Source of the DNA: Camelus dromedarius
Taxonomy: Eukaryota
NCBI RefSeq assembly: GCF_036321535.1
Contig: NC_087447.1
Coordinates: forward strand, 34,722,001-34,786,000
Direction: 5' to 3'
DNA: 64,000 nt
A program made the translations under genes and the position numbers. Shown here one piece after another: positions 13,076-26,600 of this stretch; the first letter of the stretch is position 1; every line of letters starts with the position of its first letter. Under the pieces are notes generated by a model. That model saw only the letters and a list, made by a program, of their open reading frames with translations, made no database searches and had not been told where the DNA came from.

Positions 13076-15989
13076 ATGGAAAATACCAAGTGTCGATGGC
13101 AATTTATTAGCATCGTAAGCACTGATGCTATTTTCTGAGCTACATATTTTCAGGAAATAGTTTTTTAAGTTTGTTCAAAAGCTGTTTTTAAATAGTTTTG
13201 ATTAAATGTATTATGTTTTCAGGAATACATACTAAAGACATAATAGGAGCCATACGAAGACATTTATCTGTGGGAATGTTCATCATGCTGTTGGTTCTAA
13301 TCAAAAAAGGAAACTATCTAAACATTCTAAAATACTAACTGGTAAAGTAAATCACGATTCACCCATAAAACAAATAATCATTCTTCAGATGTCAAAGGGG
13401 AATATTTATTGATGGAAGTATGGGGGTTCGGGGGTGGCAAGCTGTAGGAAGCAAGTTAACAGTTTGTAAAGTATAAGCCATCTTTATTTTGTTCAAAATA
13501 TTTTCCATCTATGTGTACACATGTACATATATATAAATATTTCTGGAAATACGATCAGAAAATGTTTTGAGTATTTGTTTTCTTCTTTTAACCATCTGCA
13601 TTTTAAAGTTTCTTTATAATGAGCATACTCTTTGTGATTAAAAAATTTTGAAATTTTACTTTACTTTGTATAAAAAGAGCCATAGATTTCCTAACTCCGC
13701 TCAATCTCATTGCTCTCCAGATGTGACCCCTGAATGATTTAAAGCCAGCTGGAAGCTCTGTAAACTCAGAAAATGTACAGTTGTCTGAGCCCCAGTTGCC
13801 AGCCTGGTTCCCCAGTGATTTCTACAAAAGCCACCACTGCTGTGCCTCCCCTGGTTAATAGGCAATAGCTCCTGTGAAAGAAATAATTCCATGCTGATGT
13901 GAACTGGGGTCACCAGCGATGGAGCTGGGGACAGTTTGCTGAGCACACCTGCTGGCTTCTGTCTTCTTTGGGAGGAATAGGGACCCCGTGTGCCTTCCTT
14001 TACTCCTCTGGAAAGTGCCAGCCTGCCTATGTCCCCTTCCCCAGCCCTCGGCTGCCACGTGCCCACACAAACCTAATGCTGCGGGAGGGCTACGGCCCGC
14101 TTCTCCCCATCCAGTCCTCCTCAGCCAGTGCCTTGTATTCTGAGCAGGAACCAGCATGCCTTTTCCTGCCCCTGCCCCCCACCAAAAAAACAAAACCTCA
14201 TTCCCTCCTGGCAGGAAAAGACAGATCTGATGTCAATCACTTAGAGCCACTATTGTAGTCTGAGGTATAGCAATCAAAGAGTCACAGGGCTATATTTCAC
14301 CAGCCCATGGGACTTCCCCAGGCTTTTGGCTCAGAGATTGCAAACTAGTGGCCCACGGGCTGAATTCAACAGCTGAAGTTATTTTGTTTGGCCTGTGCAC
14401 TAATTTTTTTTTAAATTTAGACATGTTGCCAAGAAATAAATATCAAGAGATTTTGCATTTAAAATAAAATGTGATATCTGGCTTCTTTAGGGAAAAAAAA
14501 ACCCTGGCTTGCCTTCCTGTACGACAACACGTGGCTGTTGCTGAGAGGGGCCTGTACACTTTGGAAAGGGGAAGGCCTCTGAGTTCCCCAGTCCCTACCA
14601 AGCCTGCTTCACCCACATACCGTCCCTATTTGGCTTCTGAAATACTTGAATTTTCAACCTCTACCTTCAGAACGCCGCAAGCCAGCAAAGAGGACTCGGT
14701 CAGAAGGGAGCCTGCAAAACTCCCAAATACCCCGTTAGCAACTACCTTCTCTCCCTGTGCTGGCATCTGGTCCTGATGCTAGTGTCTGCAACAGCTAAGA
14801 GTGCTACCTGATGGACTGAAGGAACATCATCTCTCACAGACATCCACCCTTACGTATCCTAGCTCTGAAAGGCTCAGTGGTCAATCAGGACACCGTAGCA
14901 AGGCTAAGGTTTGGGCCATGAATTTTTTCCATCCTCCAATTCAGTGGGCAGATAGAAGCTCTGAGACTCAAAGGAGCAACCACACCTTTTTATACAGCCC
15001 CATACAGTTTGCAAAACACCTTCCTATCGAGGGTCTCCTTCTACCTTCACAACAGCCCTTGGTGGGGAGGAAGATGGTGCTATCTCCCCATTTTACAGAC
15101 GAGGGGAAGTGCAGGTCTGACCCCAGTTCTCCTGATGCCTGATGCCAGGCCCTTCCTATTGAGTAAGGCTGTCAGATCAGAGTTCCGTCTGCAGCAACTC
15201 TCATCAGCAGCACATCGTAAAATGAGATAAAAAGAGAGGTGTGATTTTTCGCAGCATTTGGGATCAGCGTGTGAGTACAGAGCTATAAACAACCAGACTT
15301 GCACTGTAGCAAAGGTAGGAAGAAGGGAGGGAAGGGGGGAGGAAAGACAGATAGGAGGCAGGCAAGCAAAGAGCACGCATGGGCAAAGATCATACCCAGC
15401 TCTTACCCACACTCTCCCTGTATGATTCAAGCCTGAAATAGTCCCGTGACAAGCCCCAGGGCTATGGTTTCAGGGTCCCCTCTCACCTCCATGCACAGTC
15501 CATGGAACACTCAAGGGGAGAAACACCCTAGGCTTTGAGCATGGCTGGGCCAAGCAGAAAGGTGCAATTGTCCAAGAGTTGAAGGTTCTGAAGGAAGTTT
15601 GAAGACAAGTCTTTGGGCTTTCAAGAGCTTTCCTCCAGAGACTCCTGCGAGATAAGAGCAGGTGCCCGTAATGAAATGGCATCCTGTCGAATCTCTGATT
15701 GAAGATACAAGCCTTGAAGCAAAGCAACCATGAAATGGAAGATTTCAGCAGCAGGGGTGCAAGAGAAAGCAGTAAATGGGAAATTGGAAGAATAATAATA
15801 AAGTCCCCCAAAACAGCTTGAGTTGGATTTTCTGCATTTATTCACTTAACTCAACAAACACTACTCTGGGTGCCTCCAAGGGCTGGGTCCACGGGAGTCA
15901 CAGAGATGAGGACAAGGTCAGCCCTGGTGAGCTCCCCATCACATGGACGTGTTCCTTCAGGTTCCTTCGCGTGACAGATTGCATTTTCC

Positions 15990-16520
15990 AAAACTAGCCT
16001 GCTGCAGGAACATTTCTGGTCATACAGCTCCTTCCCAAATCCTGCCAGTCCTCCATTGAAACGTGGAGCATTTCCCATCCCTTACGGATCGGATGGGCCT
16101 TAGTGACGGCCCTGACAGGCAGGTCGCTGCAGAACTGACAATGTCCATCTCTCGAGGGTGACAGAAGCTAATATGATTTCATCCTGGTTCTCTCTTTTTT
16201 GCATCCTCACTTAGGACTGAGGGGAGGCAGCGCCACCACACTGTGAGGAAGCCCAAACTAGTCCACACAGAGACCCACACGGAGGGGAACTGAGGCCCCA
16301 ACCTCAAATAACCTCAGTCAGCAAACATGGGCGTGAACGAGACTTCCAAAGAGTGTGGCCCCAGCCTTTGAGTCTCCCAGCCGATGTTCTGGACCCCGTG
16401 GAACGGAAACAAGCCATCCCTGATGTGCCTTCTCTGAATTGACATGTGAGCCCAACAACTGGTTGTCTTATGCCACTACATTTTGGAGATATTTGTTATT
16501 CAGTTACAGTAACTGGAATA
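15990..16520 (+). mobile_element. MaLR LTR (MLT1-type)
   Basis: gtgaggaagcccaaacta...gaactgaggccc...gccactacattttggagatatttgttattcagttacagtaactggaata terminus. Confidence 0.75.
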
Positions 16521-16630
16521 TCTCAGTGTCCTGAGCAGAGTTTGGGTTTTCAGAGCCAGGCAGATCTGTTTTTAAATCCCAGCCCTGCCATTTCCCAGTT
16601 GTGAGACACTGGCAAAGTTTCTTAATCAAT

Positions 16631-17216
16631 TCATAGCAGCACTACTTACAATAGCCAAGACACGGAAACAACCCAAATGTCCATTGACAGATGACTAGAT
16701 AAAGAAGTTGTGGTGTATATATATATATATATATACACATACATACATACATACATACACACAATGGAATACTACTCAGCCACAAAAAAGAAAAATAATG
16801 CCATTTGTAGCAATATAGATGGACCTGGAGATCGTCATACTAAATGAAGTAAGGCAGAAGGAGAAAGAAAAATACCATATGCTATCACTTATATGTGGAA
16901 TCTTAAAAAAGGACACAGATGAACTTATTTACAAAACAGGAACACACTCACAGTCATAGAAAACAAACTTATGGTTACCAGGGAGGAAAGAGGGTAGGAA
17001 AGGACAAATTGGAAGTTCTAGATTTGCAGATACTATAAAATAGATACACAACAAGTTCCTACTGTAGAGCACAGGGAACATACTCAATATCTTGTAGTAA
17101 CCTATAATGAAAAAGAATATGAAAAGGAATATATGCATTATATGTATGGCTGAAACATTATGTTGTACACCAGAAATTGACACAACATTGTAAACTGACT
17201 GTACTTCAATTTTAAA
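16631..17216 (+). mobile_element. Relatively young 5'-truncated L1 (ORF2 C-terminus + 3' UTR) inserted into a MIR (MIR halves ~16535-16630 and ~17217-17335)
   Basis: Encodes IAALLTIAKTRKQPKCPLTDD* (L1 ORF2 end); 17-bp TSD aaagtttcttaatcaat / aaagttacttaatcaat. Confidence 0.92.
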
Positions 17217-20082
17217 AAAGTTACTTAATCAATCTGAGCTCACTTTCCCCCTCTGTAGAATGGGAATAATGTCCACTTCACATGGATGCTTTGAGGAATA
17301 AATGCCACAGTGTGTACACAGAGCCCAGCACAGAGGAAAGAGAAGGAACCTGCTGTGAGTAGAAGGAGCAGAGCAACTCATAATGGGGGCTAGAGTTGTC
17401 AGACAAGCATCCTCGAAAGAGATGAGATGAACATGGCCCCAAACTGTCCAGACAGGAAGAGAGGAAGTGCAGAGCTTCCAGCTGAACCCAGAGGGCCATC
17501 TCTCTGGAGGCACCCCCTCTGTGGGCCAGGTCTGATGGGCCTGCCTTGGTCCCTGCCCCCACAGCCCTGCAGTCCCCCATCCAGGGGCTACTTGACAGTC
17601 ATCTGGAGCTTCTGCTTTGCTCTAGAAACAATTCTGGCCTGAACCAGGGGAAGAGCCACTCAGATGTCCCACTTCCTGCCCACTCTGTCCCACCTCCCTA
17701 GTGAACAGCTAATAAAGGCAGCTGCTGAGAATCTAGGGAACTTTCTGGCCACTGCCTTGGGCCCCCCCACCTCTGACCTCTGCTCACTCCTCCTGCCTTG
17801 AGCTTTGTCCCACTGTCATCTCTGTGCTGCTCTTTGCATTTGTGGGAGGACCTTAGTTTCCCCAGCTTGAACTTAAACACCCTCTGAGGGCTCTGGTTTC
17901 TTCCCATTTTCTGGTTCTTTTTGCCTGACCCCAACCTCAACACCAACCTAACGACAAGAGTAGCCACCATTTACTGACCTTCCACGCCAGGTGCTTCCTC
18001 ACATTACCCCAGGTAAACCTCCAGCAATCCTCTGAGGCTGGTGCCACTGGTCCCATTTAAGATGAAATGCATGCTACTCTGAGAAATCAAATCACTAATC
18101 CAAGGACATTAGCCCACTTTACCCACACCCTAGTGGCAAAGACTCTGGGGCCCCTAGAATCTACATACTTTTCGCCCCAATACCATGTCAACTTCCTCGG
18201 CCTTTGTGGCACAGACACCCCCACGCCATAGTCCACAGCTACACCAGGTCATTCCCTACCGCCTCACCCCCTGCTGGTCTGGGTTCCTTCCCTGAGACCC
18301 TGCAGGGAGCTTTCTGGACACAGACCACTGCTGCCTGCTTACCCCGGCTCCCCACTCAGCAGCCAGGATACCCCTCTCCCCAGTGGCCAGGCTACCTGGG
18401 ATGATGCAGATGCTTGAAGTGGATCAGCTGCAGGTGACGGGAAGAAGATGGGCTGGGATAAGGGAACTCACAGTATCCCAAGAGCATAGAGACAGCAGCT
18501 GAGTGTGGCTTTCCCAGTCCTGGCCTTTCCTGGGATGTCACTTTAGGGCTTCTGGGAGTTAGGCATACCTAGGTGAGGCTCCAGCCCAGAAACCCTCAAA
18601 ACCATGTTTCTTGGGGTGGCTCTCCAGATGGTTCTTCTCATTTATCGCTACCAACTATCAAAGCAACTATCTAGCTGTTTTTTGGCAACCATTCCCCTCA
18701 GTACAACTAAGCTGAAAGGAAGTCACATCCAACTATCAAAAATTTAGGACTTGACCAAGTCAATATGGTAGGTGCTCAAAATCTATTTGAATGGATGAAT
18801 GGCTGAACACACTAACCTGTAAGTTCCATGAGGACAGGCGCCAGGTCTGCTTTGCCTGTCACTGCACCCCCAATGCCCAGCACCATCCCATGCGTTGAAT
18901 TCTTTGGAGGACAGGGATTATTGTAGTTCAGGAGTGAGGCCTCAGTGGTGGCAGAAGGAAGGGGCAGATGAAAAAGACCCTGGGAAGGAAAAATCAGCAG
19001 ACTAGATGATCGATTTGGAATGGAAAGTAGAGGAAAGAGAAAGAAGCCAGGCTGTCCCTAAGTTCAGACAGAACCTTGGGATACCAGAAGGTGAAAGAGG
19101 CTCTAGTCCAGCAGGTAGCGGGGAGAGGGGACGCTGACCGGAAGGAGCACGGACGTAGGGTGCGAGCTCCATGGATAGTTGTAGAACGGGAGAAGGGGCG
19201 TGCTGAGTTCAAGAGACTAGAAGGATCATCACAGGAACTTGTCCAGCAGGCAGCTGGCTAGACAGAAGCCATCCTCTAGTGAGTCATCTGCAGAAGTGAT
19301 AATTGAGGCTGGAGGAGGAGGGAGGGGGGAAGGAAGACACCGGGGAGAGTGTGGAGCGCCAAGAAGCCAGGCTCGCCTGGCTAGGAGATGAGCCACTTTC
19401 AGCTACGGGAGGGACCTCCATGTGAATGAAAGGTCTGGCATGATGCATCTGAGGACAGTCAGCCGACCCCAGGGCTGCAGAATTTCCAACTAAAGCTACA
19501 AGGACACCAAGATCACAGGAGCGAGCAGGGGCTGTAGAGAGAGACCCAGGGAGTAGAGCAAGGGGACCTGGAAAGGCAGTCAAATCGTAAAGGCCACGAG
19601 CAGCATCAAAACAGATGAATTCAAGAGTCTGGGAAGGGAAGGAGAGCCAGCTCAGGAAGTAGAGGGCAACAAGGAAGGGCTGGATGATTATCTAGGAGAG
19701 AGGGGCTCAAAACACAAGAGCAGGCATGTGGCCTCAAGTGGAAGAATCCAGACAGGGAGATAAACCAGAGGGATGCAGATTTCAGCCAAGCAGCAAATAT
19801 TTTTCACATCCAAAGATGGAATAGCGTAACTGGGAAAGTGTGTATTTCCCAACACTGGGGGTTATTTGACCCAAGGCTGGATGCCTCTTGGAAGGAACAT
19901 ACAGAACACACAGAAGCTTCACCTGGGGCACTGGACCAACTTTAGGGTCCATCCCATCCTGAGATACCAACTGTCTCCAGCCACTCTGCCACTTGTCAGC
20001 GTGTCACCCTTCACTAATGCTCAGCACAGCCTTATCACCAGCCGATATTTTCTTCCTTTATTTACTAGTTCATAACCTCTTC

Positions 20083-20625
20083 CTGTATTATGGACACTCA
20101 CTGCGTAACAAACTGTCCAAAGCTCAGTGGCTTAAGGAAAACGTTTACTAGTTCACAGTTTCTGTGGGTCAGGAATCCAGGGACAGTGGGGTCCTCGGGT
20201 TGTGAGTTTCACAGGCTGCTGTCAAGGTGTTGGCCAGAGCTGCAGAGCCCTCAAGGCTCAGGGGGGAGGGTCTGCTTCCTGGCTCCATCATGCGGTTGCT
20301 GGCAGGACTCAGTTCCTCAAGGCGAGGGACTGAGGCCTCAGATTCCCAGGAGCTGCTAGTGGAGGCTGCCCTCATCCCTTGCAGCATAGGTCTCTCAAAA
20401 GAGTATCTCATGGTGTGACAGCTTGCTTGACCAGAGTGAGCAAGAAGGGGAGAGACAGAGAGACAGGGTTAGCAAGACAGAAGTCACAGTCTTCTGATTA
20501 GGAAGTCACCTAATCAGAAGTGACATCCCACCACTTTGGCTATGTTCCATTTCTCAGCAGCGAGTCACTAGGTCCAGCTACACTCAAGAATCAGGAATCA
20601 CATGGGGCTGGAACTACCATGGCCA
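20083..20625 (-). mobile_element. MaLR LTR (MLT1-type), antisense
   Basis: ctcagtggcttaa...tcacagtttctgtgggtcaggaatcc...gtcactaggtccagc. Confidence 0.8.
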
Positions 20626-23239
20626 CCACACTCCTTCACGCACCCATCCCAACGCTAAGCTCCAGGACAGCCAGAACCTCATCTGCCTTGTTCATCACCC
20701 CACCCCAGCAACTGACACACAGCAGACGTTCCATGTACATTTTTAAATGAATGAACAAGGCAAACTCTAAGCTCTATGTGCTCCCAGTACCGCGCTGTGG
20801 AAAACATTCTTGTTAGATGAAAAAATAAATGAATAAATGATCTGAATGTCCCTTAATGGATACTTGACACTATCACTATTAAAAATAAATTTAGTAGCCT
20901 GAGTGGCTTAGTGGGTACCATGAAAAATTCAGATTTTTTTTGGTCCTAATTGCCCATAAATCCTGTTTCCCAACCATGTGTCCATAAAGCCACTTTGAAG
21001 ACGCTTAAATAACTTAGGAATCCCTCCGGAAGATGCATGGAAATAGGGTTCGTTGCCCCGAGAGAAAGGGATAGAAGGCAGACCTTTATCCTCTTGCCAG
21101 GTTGTGGCAGGGGGCTCGGGAGAGTTTAAATTTGCATAATTGTTTCCCCTTCACTGGTTCCCCTCACTGCTAAGGCTGATGTCCTGGAGATGCCTTTCCA
21201 AGTGACAAGTATGTTGTCAACCCAGATCAGATCCATGCACCAGGCCCACTGATTGGCAGGTCTATTAAATCACAAAGAATGCCCCAAATGAGCAACTTTG
21301 GGGACCTGCAGGAGGAGGCTGGTAAGAACATGTTCTCCCCGCCCCCACCCCCACCACGGCTGTTAATTGTGAGAGGGAGACTCAAGAAATTATATTGAAA
21401 ACAGATGATCAACTCAAGCTGTTTTTATTAAAGAAATAACAAATGGCATGATGCCAGCACGGATGAGCCTCCCTGTAATCAGCATATTTATTTCGCCCAA
21501 AAAAAGCCTGTCTGGGCTTCTTTTAAGCCTGATAAACTCATTATGCTAAGTTTCAGCCACCATAGAACTAAGGCTTTTCTATATGTTAATTCATTTTAGG
21601 AACAAATTATTCTGTTTGGCTGAAGGAATGCACATCTCTATCACTTAATAATTGGGAGGGTTATTCCATGTGATTAATAGGAATCATAAACAAATACGGA
21701 AAGTGTAATAAGGAGGGTCAGAAGGGAGGCAGGAGAGATTCTCCCCCCATCCCCTCCCCCTCTCTCCTTTCCTTTCAGAGTTACGGACTCCGGACTTGGA
21801 ATAGGAGAAATAGTCTTTCTTCTCCATCCAATTCTGACACATGGCACGCTTCTCTTTGCAGCTTTGAAACGTGCCTCTGTGTGTCTGCACGTAAGAGGAA
21901 AGAAAGGAACAGGTGGAGAGAGGAACCGGAGAGACAAATGAAGAGAGAGGCAAGGATTTGAGGGGCCGGTTCATCCAAGCCAGAGGCTCCCAAATGCCCA
22001 TCTGAAACCCACTGAATGTTGATTAGTGAAGTTTTCACCAATCCTCAGTGAAATGACATCTTTAAGAGCAATGCAGTGGCTTTCCCACTGAGCCAAAACG
22101 CACCCCAATTTTTAAAGATTCTGGAATCATCCTTTACACAATCAGAATGTTAAAGTCATCCTTCTGTGAAATAATGATCATTGGTAACATTATTCTCCAT
22201 CCCTTACTTAGAAAATGAAAAATTGGCCAACTCTAACATTTGGGGGGCACTGTTCCTTTAGAAATGCACTGGTCTTTGAAAGCCCGAAGTTTTAGAACCT
22301 CTCCTTTAGACTAGAGCCCTTTGGCCTTGAGGGTGAGCCCGTCAGGGGTCAGACTTCCAAATCTGATTTTTCTGAGCTACTTCCTTATTTATTAACTGGT
22401 GAAACTGATTAACCTATACATTAATCCAGCAATTCAAAAACATCACTTGCACACCACTCTGTGTGCAAGCACTATTCTTAGCACTGACAATAAAGTAGCT
22501 GGTGTGTTTTAATAAATAATGAATCAATTTAGTTGCAGGGATGTTAACCCTATAAACGTGGAGGTTTGCTATACGTGACTAAGGCAAGGCCTACAGTGCC
22601 TGGTTCTTGGAAAGGAATCTATAAGCATTTGTTAACTAACAAAGGAATATACTACACATGGCTGTGAGAGAATAAAGGGTCTTGAAATATTTCCATATTG
22701 TTGTGGTCATTGCTTCCGCCAGGAAATGGACCCTTTGATCCAGCCAGGGCTAGCTGGGAAGCTCTGAGTAATCAATGGCCACAAGGATCCACGTGGACAG
22801 GCACTCCATTATCATTCCAGACATGCTGGCTAACCAGCACCCCTAAACACATAGCATGGGCACAGTGGCTCTTCACAGACAGCTTCCCCTCTCTGCCACC
22901 CCCATACCCTACACCTGCTCTCTGACCCCAACCTTTCCCAGCCCTGCCCACCCTCACCTGCTCTGGCCTCTGAGTCCACTGCTCAGCCTCAAGGTTCTTC
23001 CCCCACTGCCCTGGAATCTGCTGCCTGGACTGGGACACACTGGTTTGGGCAGAGGATGGGAGGGCTGAGGCGGCCTCTTGCCAAACGTGCCTTCCTCTCC
23101 TAGGAACCCAGTGAATGGAATAAAGCACAAGTCCTGAGGCCTTGCAGGACCAGCGAGCTAGGCCAGGATCCCTGTTCCTGAGAACATGGCACACCTAGAA
23201 GCTGCAGAGGGCTAAAGGCTTTAAAATGCCTTCATCCAC

Positions 23240-23690
23240 TCAGCAGGTACATTTAATCTGTACCTGGTCTAGTCATTGTGTGAGGCGCTGAGCCTAAGCA
23301 ATGAACAAACAGGCAAGAATCCCTTCCCCTGGGATGCTTCATTTCTCGGAGACAGATACAAATACACGTATGATGCAACGCCAGGGAATGACCAGTGTCA
23401 GGAAGACAAATAAAGCAGGATAAGGGGGTGAGGAGGCAGAGAGGGCCTCTCTGACGAGGTGACATTTGAGACAGAAAGGCATTCCAGGCAAAAGGAAGAG
23501 CAGGTGCAAAGACCCTGAGGCCCAAGAATGCAGGAATGTTTCAGAAATGGCAAAAATGGCCAATGTAGTAAGTTCTGCAGAGCAGCAGGGGCCAGGATGA
23601 CAGGCCACACCAGGTTGTGTGGCTCTGGGGGATAATTATGAGGACTCCAGATTTATTCTGAGTATTTAGGGAACCAGTAAGAAACTTTCT
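23240..23690 (-). mobile_element. L2 LINE fragment
   Basis: ggcctctctgacgaggtgacatttgag...cattccaggc...tgcaaagaccctgagg. Confidence 0.75.
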
Positions 23691-26600
23691 GATAAATCAA
23701 AAGCAAGGGGAGGCTGAAGTTGAGGCCTGGCCTCAATCATAAAAGTCATAAAAGAGGCAGCCTGTCTTCAGAGAATTCCTTCTAGCCTCTTCTTCCTCCT
23801 GTAGCCTCCAGTCCCACCTGACACCCTTCCCACCGACCCCCATAAGCTCTCTTGTTGTCTCTCGTTCCTACTTCTCATTTGGTCCTACTGACTCACCAGC
23901 AAACGACCCTGAGGTAGCGGCTGGCCCCACCATCATGTGCCAAGTGCCACACCATATCTGGGGTCAGTTACTCAGATAAACACAACCAGAAGGCAGCCTG
24001 GTTTGGCAGAAACAGTACCAGATGCAGGGTCCCAGGAGCTGGTTTGGGTCCAGCTCTGCTATTGACTAGCTGTGCGACCTCACACAAGTTACTCAGTCTC
24101 CCTGAGCTATCTTTGTCTTACTTGGCAACTATAGTAACTGCTCGGCTGGCCTCACGTGGTGGTCAGGACCCGGTGTTACGGTGCTGCAGGTAAACTCTAG
24201 AGTAATGGACCCTCATCAGCTGCTCATGATCATCATGAAACCCGGAGCCTGCCTAGAGGGTCTCGCCCTTGCAGCTGAGAGCCTTCATAAACATCATCCT
24301 TCCTGACCTCCCTGCATCCTGGAGCCCTCTTTCAAACTCCCTTGACCTGTTTCTCAGTCTCTATGGAATACTAACCTCTGAGATCCCAACGGTCCCAGGG
24401 AGCACACAGGACATGCTAGGGTGTTGCTCAGTGTCTCACATAGCCAGCACCGTGCAAGGACCTCCTCCAGGCGCCGACCTACCTCAACAGCCTTACCTGC
24501 AGGCAGACTCTTCCTCACTCTCTCTCACACTCACACAGTCAAGAGGGCCCCTGATTACATCCCTGTCCTCTGCTCGGTTGATCATCTGATCCAAGCAATG
24601 GGCATGACAGAGGATCTCTTGTTTTTCTCAGTCAGCCAGCCAGTCATCAAACATTTGTTCAGAGGCTTCTTTGCAGGAGGCCAGGCTCCGGGCCAGGCCC
24701 TGAGGCTCCATCAGTGAACTTGGCAGGCCTGGCCCTGGCCTGGGGGGAGCTTACTCAAACAGGATTTGCTTTAGAGCTATGGTCAGTTTATCAGCACTCA
24801 GAGGACTGTATCTGTCCAAGAGGTCAGGGTTGGCTAGGGCTCCTCTGAGGAAATGTCTGTGTCACCCATTGTGAAGACTGCGGAGTGCGGCCCATGGGAC
24901 CAATCGCCTTTCTGTCTCCATAGAAGCGCCCACCCCTGGAAGCCGGCAGTAGACAGCAAGCCAGGTGACCAGGGATTCCGTCCTGGCTCCACCACACCAG
25001 GTCGGTTTATAACTCGGGACACCTCCCTTCTGCCCTCTGGGTCTCTGGGTTCCCCATCTGTCACAGGAAGGGCAGCAGAAGCCCAGCTTTCTTAAACCTT
25101 CGGTTATTCTGGAAACATCCTCACAAAGTTTGCACCATACACCCTCCCACCTTCAACTCACTTCATTTTATTTAATAGCTACTTATACAGGGTTTGATAT
25201 GAGCTGGGAGATGTTCTAAGTGCTTTGTAAGTATTAACTCATGTCACCATCTAAACACCCTTGGGAAATGGCTTTTACTTTACAGCTAAGGAAGCTGCAG
25301 TTCAGGGAAGTAATTGCCCACAGCCGGTGAGGGTGGAACCGGGAATCCCACCCAGGAAATCTGGCTTCCGAGTTCACTCTCTTAACTATTATAGTAGGCT
25401 GCTTCTCTTCATATTTTTTATAACCAATTCATTTTTATGTCAACTTCTTTTTTAAAAGCCTTATATCATGGCCACCAACTGAAAAGCTATATGACTTGCC
25501 TTAAATAGAAGAAACACATTAAAATGCATGACTATTATATTGAAGATTCAATATTTCTCCATTGGACCCCTAAGGTCATCTCCCGGACCACCAAGGGACA
25601 CTCAGGGACACCTGAGGAGGATGTGTCAATGGCCTCTCCAGCCCCATTACACTGTGACTCTCTGTCACGTCTAGGCGGCTGCAGACTTCCCAGGGAGGAG
25701 CTGGGAGGCAGACAGCCTTTCCTCTCTGGCCCTTTCCTCTGCCCGCAGGAGTGCCACTCAGCCAGTGCACTCTGAGCACTTCCAGGGAATTTGGGGCTTT
25801 GATGACTTACCAGCCTCTCCCCAGGGGGTGAAGCACCCACTCAGGGGCTGGCGATGCCCCAGCCCTAGGATCCCTTTGCACTCTGCTTCCTCAAAAGACA
25901 ACCCCTGGAGGTGTGTCCAACCTCCTGCCAGGGTCATGGACAATTCTCCATGGCCCCCAGTCCACAGAGGCCCTTTGGGGATCACCAGCTCCCACTGTGG
26001 GTGCAGGATGGGGCGAGGGTGGGTGCTGGCATCGCCGCCTGGGCCCCTGCCAGAGAGGAATTCTCAGGATAACGGGCGTTAATCCCACCTCTGCAGCTGC
26101 AGCGCTTTGCAGACCAGCATTTCTCCCACGCTAATCCCCCACAACACCCCTGCACCAGGCTCTTTATTCTAAAACCAAGGGTTGTACTGTATTGACAGTG
26201 GAAGGGAAAAAAAGTGGGGAACTGTGGCAAGGAACAAAGCAGTCCCCCAATGAACAGTTTTCTTTAACTTGGAGTACAAATTCACTCAGCAAAGATCTAA
26301 CTATTTGGGGAACTAAATTCTGCGAATGCCAGGGCACAAGGGGCTGACTGCACGTGGTGCCCCACTGGCCTCGACCACAGGGTGTGGCTGAGTCACCAAG
26401 GTAAGAGAAACTGACTTGAAACCCCCCAAAATAAAACCTGAATCCTGTCTCTACCACGTGACAAGTGAGTGTGTGAACTTGGGCAAGTCATGGATTCTCT
26501 TTTGGCCTCCATTTATTCATCTTAGAAATGGGAGTAATATCCTGGGCCTGCCCAGCTCAAAGGGCCATTGTGGGGACCGAATGAGATGTGGCTCTGAATG

